A stretch of DNA of 43,072 nt from an uncultured Candidatus Sumerlaeota bacterium (GTDB lineage: Bacteria; Sumerlaeota; Sumerlaeia; MWCT01; JAUWMI01). The translations under genes and the position numbers were made by a program. The stretch is from NCBI GenBank assembly GCA_964630455.1, contig CAZVVA010000002.1:1-43072 (forward strand). Reading direction: 5' to 3'. The stretch's first letter is position 1. Every line of letters begins with the position of its first letter. The notes beneath the pieces are model-generated. The model saw only the letters and a program-made list of their open reading frames with translations, did no database searches and had not been told where the DNA came from. Positions 37,388 through 43,072 of this stretch are shown one piece after another.

Positions 37388-38449
37388 TCAAGTCAATAGC
37401 CTTTTTTCTGCAAACTTAGATTGGCTATCAAATACATCCGGATCAATCGCAATCGGGCTTCCGCCATTCTTTAAGGATTTATTCGCCGCTTCAAGCACCG
37501 AGACGACGCGCAGTCCACTCGCGCCGTTAGATATTGGTTCCGTGCCATTGCCGATGCATTCGATAAAATGCTGGCATACCTTTTTGAGCGGTTCCGTCTC
37601 TTCCAACCGCGGGCTATAAATATCGCCGTACCTGTAGGAAAAGTGGAAATCACCAAAAGTTTCGTAGTGCGCCGGAACTTCGACACCCTTGTCATAAATC
37701 TTGATTTTCTCCAATGGGTCAACGTCGTCGTAAACCAGCATCTTCTTACTACCCACGATTGTGATTTTCCTAATTTTGTTCGGATGCAGCCAGCTACTCT
37801 GAATGTAGACGCCAAGGTTGTCAGAGAAATTGAGACCGAGCGCTGCTACGTCCTCAATGTCTGGCTTGAGGTGTGCCTTGCCTTGCCCACTAACGCTTTC
37901 CGGCTGCTGGTCAAGCAGATAGAGAACAATCGATACGTCATGCGGCGCCAGATCCCATACGACGTTGATATCATTTTGAAACAGACCAAGATTTACCCGG
38001 ACACAATCAATATAATATATTTTCCCAAGCTCTCCACTCCGGATAATTGCTTTTACCTTGTTGACCGCAGCCGTGTACTCAAAAGTATGGTCTACCATTA
38101 GCGTCCTGCCATGCTTAACGGCAAGCCGAATAAGTTCTTTACATTCCTTGACCGACGCAGTTATAGGCTTTTCAAGCAAAACGTGTTTGCCGCGTTGCAA
38201 GCATTGCTGAGCCATGGGAAAGTGCATTGCAACAGGCGTTGCGATTGCCACCGCATCAATGTCGTCATTGTTGAGAATGTCCTGAAAGTCGCTGGTCACT
38301 GCGACTGACGGATATAGGCGTTGTATGTATTCCAATCGATCTGGCTTTGCGTCACACGCCATTGTCATGACACACTGGGGAAGAGAACAAAAATTGCGAA
38401 TCAAGTTAGGGCCCCAATACCCGCACCCCACTACTGCAACTTTAATCAT
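37388..38449 (-). CDS. Gfo/Idh/MocA-family NAD-dependent sugar(-nucleotide) oxidoreductase (WbpB/WlbA-like)
   Basis: Rossmann 'MIKVAVVGCGYWGPNLIRNF' and 'HVLLEKPITASVKECKELI' (EKP motif). ATG 38449 was chosen; the track start at 38500 would overlap the upstream gene. Confidence 0.85.
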   Translation of the reverse strand: MIKVAVVGCGYWGPNLIRNFCSLPQCVMTMACDAKPDRLEYIQRLYPSVAVTSDFQDILNNDDIDAVAIATPVAMHFPMAQQCLQRGKHVLLEKPITASVKECKELIRLAVKHGRTLMVDHTFEYTAAVNKVKAIIRSGELGKIYYIDCVRVNLGLFQNDINVVWDLAPHDVSIVLYLLDQQPESVSGQGKAHLKPDIEDVAALGLNFSDNLGVYIQSSWLHPNKIRKITIVGSKKMLVYDDVDPLEKIKIYDKGVEVPAHYETFGDFHFSYRYGDIYSPRLEETEPLKKVCQHFIECIGNGTEPISNGASGLRVVSVLEAANKSLKNGGSPIAIDPDVFDSQSKFAEKRLLT

Positions 38450-38456
38450 TTGCTTT

Positions 38457-39788
38457 TCATCCTTCCTGGCAGCTCGCCATTGATTTCGAGCCAATCCCAA
38501 TACGAAGTACCGTGGGAATGGTCTTCGCCAAAATCTTTATATCTGTCCAAAAGGAGAGATTCTTCATATATCGAAGGTCCACACGAACCATTTCGTCGAA
38601 TGTCATGGCGTTCTTGCCGTTAACCTGCCAAAGTCCAGTAATTCCCGGAACTATATTTAGGCGCTGTTTGTGCCAATCCTGATAATCTTCCACCTCGTAT
38701 TGGATGGGTGGCCTGGGACCGATTAATGACATTTCTCCTCTCAACACGTGTATCAATTGCGGTAATTCATCAAGACACCATGCACGAAGCAATCGCCCCA
38801 ATTTTGTAACCCGCGGGTCGTTACGAATTTTTGTCATCGGCTTATCGGATCCGTTGCCATTGCCGTTGCATATCAGTTCCTTGAGATGTTCTTGATGGAT
38901 TGATTCGTCAGCGTGCGTTCGCATTGAGCGAAATTTCAGGAATTGGAACTGTTTACCCAGGTAGCCGACTCGCTTTTGCCTGAAAAAAATCGGCCCTCGG
39001 GAAGTCATTTTGATTAATAGCGCAACTAAGAACATGATGGGAGAAAGTATCAGCAGCCCAAACGAAGCCCCCAGTATATCTATTGTGCGCTTCCACCTGG
39101 GAAGACAGTATGCGAGTAGCTGAAACAGTTTTCCCGGGTGAACGACTTGAATCTCGTTCAGGAGTTGTGCTGTATGAAGAGAAGTTGCACATGAGCCACT
39201 CTCTATATCAGAAGGTGCCATTGTTTGGCGGGATGTTTGAGAGTCGGCATCCTGGGTGGTCTCTGAGCGCACAGGTCGGTTTTCGTTACTTTGGGCCCGA
39301 TTTGCATCAAGACGGGAATCATCTCGGTCGGAAGAATTATGGTTGCCAGGGTACCAATACATTTTCGAAACAAGCCACATCGAATCTCCGCCTACACTGT
39401 GTACCTTCAACAAATGCTTTTTAAAAGACGCTTCAACTTTTTCAACAACCTGGAGCGCGCCTTTTCGAAGCGTATCTGGCAAAATAATTCCAACCCATTC
39501 TTTGCCATCTTCACGATGCCAGCCCCGCGTATCGCTGGCTCTGGTGCATTCTTGTATAAGTTTAGCCAGATAAGCTAAGCCCCGGATACGGTCGTCTCTT
39601 TTCCCCGACGTGCAGCGCACATCAAACACAAGAAGCACGAAGGGCGAGTTGCTCCGTTCAGCACGCAGCTTCTCCCTCTTCAGCTGCCCATTAAAGGCCT
39701 CAGCACTCCAGAGATCCGGAATGTCAGAGCGGATGCCTGTGCGCTTTCCTGAGCCAGATATCAGCCAACGGAGAATTCTCGATGGCAC
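38457..39788 (-). CDS. Polyprenyl-phosphate sugar-phosphate transferase (Bac_transf/WbaP-EpsB type) with an N-terminal degenerate GGDEF-like domain
   Basis: The C-terminal ~215 aa hold a TM helix 'ILGASFGLLILSPIMFLVALLI' followed by 'RGPIFFRQKRVG..GKQFQFLKFRSM', 'DPRVTKLGRLLR...DELPQL..VLRGEMSLIGPRP'. The N-terminal ~135 aa resemble a GGDEF fold (see finding). Confidence 0.85.
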   Translation of the reverse strand: MPSRILRWLISGSGKRTGIRSDIPDLWSAEAFNGQLKREKLRAERSNSPFVLLVFDVRCTSGKRDDRIRGLAYLAKLIQECTRASDTRGWHREDGKEWVGIILPDTLRKGALQVVEKVEASFKKHLLKVHSVGGDSMWLVSKMYWYPGNHNSSDRDDSRLDANRAQSNENRPVRSETTQDADSQTSRQTMAPSDIESGSCATSLHTAQLLNEIQVVHPGKLFQLLAYCLPRWKRTIDILGASFGLLILSPIMFLVALLIKMTSRGPIFFRQKRVGYLGKQFQFLKFRSMRTHADESIHQEHLKELICNGNGNGSDKPMTKIRNDPRVTKLGRLLRAWCLDELPQLIHVLRGEMSLIGPRPPIQYEVEDYQDWHKQRLNIVPGITGLWQVNGKNAMTFDEMVRVDLRYMKNLSFWTDIKILAKTIPTVLRIGIGSKSMASCQEG

Positions 39789-39834
39789 GCGTCTTCTTCC
39801 TTTCGCTGAAAGTTTCTATTTCGAATCTTTGCGA

Positions 39835-40527
39835 TCAAAGATGTTTGTACAGCACTTTGGGAATGTGGTACCGCTTCTTATTTAGAACAACTCCGAGTAT
39901 TTTAGCACCGGAACTCATAATTGCCCTTTGCGCGTGTTGTACAACTTCACGCCGAGTACGTTCGGCTTCTAGCACCAAAACAGTGGCGTCTGCTTTTGTC
40001 GGCAATATGAGCGAGCCGGCAGAGTCAATCACCGGCGGACAGTCAAGCACTACCATGTCGTAGTTTCTTTTGGCCTCCCGCAAAAAATTGCTAAACTCCC
40101 CACTGCCGAAAACACGCCAGGGCTTCAACGTCTCCTTCCCTGCAAAAAGGACGTCAAGTCTCTGGCCAATGCGATGTACTGGCCACGGAAGGTCAGACTC
40201 TGTTGTAAGCGCCTCGACTAATCCTGGAGCTCGCTGTGCTTGTAAGAGTGTATGCAACCAGGGGTCCTTAATATTACAATCAACCAGTAAAACAAATCGT
40301 TCGCGATCCTCAGCAATCGTTAGAGCAAAGCTTGTTGCCACCGTTGTGACCCCCTCGCCCGCATGGCAGCTGGTGAATGCCAGGACAGATGGCACGTAGG
40401 CCCTGCCATCCATGGAAGCCATGACTGCATGCTTTAGCGCGCCGCACTGTTCTTCCATTCGGTTGGGGATCTTCCAGCTGATGATGATTCCGTCCCCTAT
40501 CTTGGCGGTAATCATTTTGTTACTCAT
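39835..40527 (-). CDS. BY-kinase-like (CpsD/CapB/EpsG-type) P-loop protein with a degenerate Walker A
   Basis: Walker A' 'VLLVDCNIKDP' and Walker B 'YDMVVLDCPPV' are present. The Walker A position reads 'TSCHAGEGVTTVA' instead of the usual '..GEGKS/T..'. It overlaps the upstream Wzz-like gene by 8 nt. Confidence 0.7.
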   Translation of the reverse strand: MSNKMITAKIGDGIIISWKIPNRMEEQCGALKHAVMASMDGRAYVPSVLAFTSCHAGEGVTTVATSFALTIAEDRERFVLLVDCNIKDPWLHTLLQAQRAPGLVEALTTESDLPWPVHRIGQRLDVLFAGKETLKPWRVFGSGEFSNFLREAKRNYDMVVLDCPPVIDSAGSLILPTKADATVLVLEAERTRREVVQHAQRAIMSSGAKILGVVLNKKRYHIPKVLYKHL

Positions 40528-42124
40528 GAGACAGTAACCTCTCGTTTCTCCCGGGCTGGCCTGTAGCTAATAATAACTCCCGTTTTCTCACCTTCGGTAT
40601 AGTAGCAAGAACGGGTAGTCCCAAACGACGTTCAACTTCCTCATTCGTTTTCAGGGAGTGATCAAAATACTCTATAACAAAGGCAAAGCCTATGCTTCCG
40701 AAAAATGCGATGAATAATCCGATAGCAATCATGCGCGTTTTCCTTGGCTTGACCGGTGCCACTGGCAGAGTAGCGGGCTGTAAGATTTTAACATTAGAAA
40801 CATGTGCACTGTCCAGAGCGGCCGAGATTTCAGTAGCCTGCAGGTTATCGAGGTACTTCAGATATTCCTGTTCGCTCAGGCTGATATTACGCTTCATCTT
40901 TGTAAACTCTCCTTCAAGTGCTGAAAGTTCATTGAGGGACTTTTCTCGTTTCGCCAACTCCCCAGCCAAGGATTCCTTTCTCGCCCGGAGTGATGCCAGA
41001 TGGGCTTGCTCGCTTTTCATTGTGCTTTCTAGCGCCGCCTTATCGGTATCAATCCCTGTAAGTGCTCCAGATTTCTTTTCCTTCTCCCTTGCGATCAATG
41101 ATCGTGTAACTTCGATTTGTTGCTTGATATCGCGCATCTCCTTTGAATCTTCCGGATATTTTGCAGAAATTTCCGCTTGCTTGAACATTAGCTCAAGTAA
41201 CCTTGTGTTCAGTATTCTTGCCAGCTCACCAGGAACTGCTGTTGAAGCTTCGGAATTCTGTTTCGCAGGCTTTTCTAACTCCTCCTTGAATGAGGAGATC
41301 ATGGCAAGCGATCCATTGATTTCGGCGTTCATATCATAGAGGCGGGCCTGTAAATCATCCACCTGAGCCAGCAGTCCGTATTCTTGCTCTTCAATGTTGA
41401 TTATGCCATGCGTTTTACAGAATTCTTCGAATTCAGCTTGGCCACGTGCGAGCTGAGCTGCAAGAGCAGCACTGCGTTCGCTAAAGAACTGCGAGGAAAC
41501 TTCTAACCGAAAAACATCAATATGGCGCTTCATATAGATACGCAAAAGTGTGTCAAGTACACGCTGCGCGAGATGAGGATCCGTTGCTGTAAAACCTACT
41601 GAAATAATGCTTCCTCTATTTTTCGCAGTGAGATTATTCATCACCCTGTTGATAACTCTCTCGCGGAGTGGAATTTCAGAAGGGGTTTCCAGCTGAGCAA
41701 TTTGCGTGCGAGGAAGTTTTGCAACCTCTCCCTTTGCGTTCGCAAGGAAGGCCTCTAACCCAATCTGATCAACTGTCTGCGCAGCAACGATATGACTTTT
41801 CAGAATTGTAATTTCAGATTCCATCTGGTCCCGATAGCTGGTAGTCCCGCGTCCTTCTCCGCTTCGAATCACCGGATCATCAGAAAGCATTTCGCGTCCG
41901 ATCCGAACCATTATCTTCGCTTGCGATTCATAAGTTTTTGACGTACGAGAAGCCATGAATGCTGCAGCACCGACAATGATGACAAAACACAGCAGGATTT
42001 TCCATTTTTGCCGAAACAGGGTGCGAAAGAAGTCACGTCGCGACTGTTCGGGAACTTCTGAGATGTCTCGTAGATACGGGTTCCCATGCATTGGCACGTT
42101 TGATTTTAATTCCATCGGCTCCAT
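40520..42124 (-). CDS. Polysaccharide co-polymerase / chain-length determinant (Wzz/GumC family)
   Basis: The protein is 534 aa with an N-terminal TM ('ILLCFVIIVGAAAFMA') and a C-terminal TM ('MIAIGLFIAFFGSIGFAFVI') flanking a long coiled-coil periplasmic region. The Wzz-like N-terminal block reads 'YESQAKIMV'. Confidence 0.8.
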   Translation of the reverse strand: MEPMELKSNVPMHGNPYLRDISEVPEQSRRDFFRTLFRQKWKILLCFVIIVGAAAFMASRTSKTYESQAKIMVRIGREMLSDDPVIRSGEGRGTTSYRDQMESEITILKSHIVAAQTVDQIGLEAFLANAKGEVAKLPRTQIAQLETPSEIPLRERVINRVMNNLTAKNRGSIISVGFTATDPHLAQRVLDTLLRIYMKRHIDVFRLEVSSQFFSERSAALAAQLARGQAEFEEFCKTHGIINIEEQEYGLLAQVDDLQARLYDMNAEINGSLAMISSFKEELEKPAKQNSEASTAVPGELARILNTRLLELMFKQAEISAKYPEDSKEMRDIKQQIEVTRSLIAREKEKKSGALTGIDTDKAALESTMKSEQAHLASLRARKESLAGELAKREKSLNELSALEGEFTKMKRNISLSEQEYLKYLDNLQATEISAALDSAHVSNVKILQPATLPVAPVKPRKTRMIAIGLFIAFFGSIGFAFVIEYFDHSLKTNEEVERRLGLPVLATIPKVRKRELLLATGQPGRNERLLSHE

Positions 42125-42232
42125 TCTTCCACCTCTTGCTGAACCAAGCGTTTTAACCTGGTCTACTGCGTCACTGGTCTATTTGGAAAAGCATGCTACT
42201 GACCTAATACCTCTTTATGTTGACGATGGAAA

Positions 42233-42937
42233 CTACCAAGCCCCAATAGGTATCCGGGGCAGCATCCTATTGATATACTGATCAACCCACTGGTTAATCT
42301 TGTTAATTCTGGTGCGCGGCACGTAAACAATATCCATAGGCTTAAGGTAAAACGAATCGCTCTCCTTGCCTTTAACCACGTCTCGCAGGTCGAAAGCCCC
42401 TCCGTACCAGTTTCCTTCATCCTGGCGCATTACGATAACATTCGATAATTTCGCACTCTCTTTGATAAATCCACCAGCCTGTATAATAGCCTGGAGCAAC
42501 GTAATGTTACCGTTTAGCGGGAGTGCTCCGGGCGTGCCCACCTCCCCACCAACAAAAATTTGCTGGCTGGCAAGTGTGCGCACTATCACGCTGACAGAAG
42601 GTTCTTTAAGGTATGGCGTATATAGCCTTTCAAGCTTGAGTATGAGTTCGTCTGGAGTGAGACCCTTTACCTCGACGTCATCAACCATCTGGAGGGTAAT
42701 TTTCCCATCTGGCCGAATGGTCAGGCTCTCGTTCAGGTCCGGAGTATAATAGAACTTGATTTCAATCTCGTCTCCTGGCGCAAGTCGCACCTCTTGGGGG
42801 ATAGTCACGCCTCTTATGCTGGTATCCAGAGGCATGGTTTGTAGACTCAATGTGGCAGCACATGCAACAAGGAGTAAGAGGCACGGAGCACTGGCAATCA
42901 GGGCAACCGTACGAAAAACTCTTGAGATGTTTTTCAT
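42233..42937 (-). CDS. Outer-membrane polysaccharide export lipoprotein (Wza-like; Poly_export + SLBB domains)
   Basis: ATG 42937 is preceded by GGAGGG, and the lipobox is 'LLLVAC'. Poly_export block: 'LAPGDEIEIKFYYTPDLNESLTIRPDGKITLQMVDDVEVKGLTPDEL'. SLBB block: 'FVGGEVGTPGALPLNGNITLLQAIIQAGG'. Confidence 0.85.
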   Translation of the reverse strand: MKNISRVFRTVALIASAPCLLLLVACAATLSLQTMPLDTSIRGVTIPQEVRLAPGDEIEIKFYYTPDLNESLTIRPDGKITLQMVDDVEVKGLTPDELILKLERLYTPYLKEPSVSVIVRTLASQQIFVGGEVGTPGALPLNGNITLLQAIIQAGGFIKESAKLSNVIVMRQDEGNWYGGAFDLRDVVKGKESDSFYLKPMDIVYVPRTRINKINQWVDQYINRMLPRIPIGAW

Positions 42938-43072
42938 AAAACCCTCCAGCGATTTTGCCTTTGGTAAAACCACAACCAAATCAACTTACATGGTGTCTGC
43001 AGATAACTTTTCGCAGGATACTTTTGCCTAATCGTCAGTGCAGCAAGCAAACACCTGGTTAAGCAGCAACAA

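Noticed and set aside
40692-41339. A 215-aa + strand ORF antisense to the Wzz/GumC gene. Similar long antisense ORFs occur at 37568-38101, 2616-3098, 1512-2141 and 246-707.
   Set aside because: All lie fully inside strongly supported genes on the other strand, have low-complexity Ser/Ala/Arg-rich translations and no RBS. Long antisense frames are expected opposite coiled-coil or GC-rich coding DNA.
1-43072. A window-wide scan for CRISPR arrays, rRNA genes, additional tRNAs, IS elements and toxin-antitoxin pairs.
   Set aside because: No regularly spaced direct repeats, no rRNA-like segments, no second cloverleaf and no transposase, integrase or TA-like ORFs were seen by eye. Absence cannot be proven without tools.

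Overview
A 43-kb bacterial window with no rRNA, no CRISPR array and no intact transposase, integrase or phage gene that I could recognise. The left ~7.2 kb is conserved housekeeping on the + strand: a partial Ig-like surface protein, a CDP-alcohol phosphatidyltransferase, a DUF512 PDZ/radical-SAM-like protein, der, plsY, gpsA, a small MerR regulator and tRNA-Pro(GGG). Downstream of the tRNA the sequence becomes an accessory, compositionally mosaic exopolysaccharide (EPS) region. It has two parts. (i) A loosely packed + strand block (8.3-18.2 kb) holds a 563-aa polytopic membrane protein, a Wzx-type flippase, a GT2 and a 1577-aa secreted PKD/glycanase/FN3/LamG protein. (ii) A convergent ~24.5-kb minus-strand operon (42.9 -> 18.5 kb) encodes, in order: Wza-like exporter, Wzz/GumC co-polymerase, BY-kinase-like ATPase, priming sugar-phosphate transferase, Gfo/Idh/MocA oxidoreductase, three GT2s, pyruvyl transferase with an FrhB-like Fe-S partner, Wzy-like polymerase, two NodB-type deacetylases, a split Alg14/Alg13-like GT, DegT aminotransferase, LbH acetyltransferase, an ATP-grasp ligase, a SAM methyltransferase and four Fem/GNAT-fold acyltransferase-like proteins. 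The most interesting observations are these: the priming transferase carries an N-terminal degenerate GGDEF-like domain that keeps an RxxD motif, so it may be a c-di-GMP receptor. The adjacent BY-kinase-like protein lacks the Walker-A lysine. The distal end of the operon is a dense Fem/GNAT + ATP-grasp + methyltransferase decoration module, and its ATP-grasp gene is interrupted by one in-frame TAA. The giant secreted gene switches sharply from about 33% to 62% GC exactly at a domain boundary, before two tandem uncharacterised C-terminal modules. A 17/18-nt copy of the tRNA-Pro 3' end lies 1.1 kb downstream of the tRNA and looks like an att-site scar. All functional calls come from motif recognition by eye; no database search was run.
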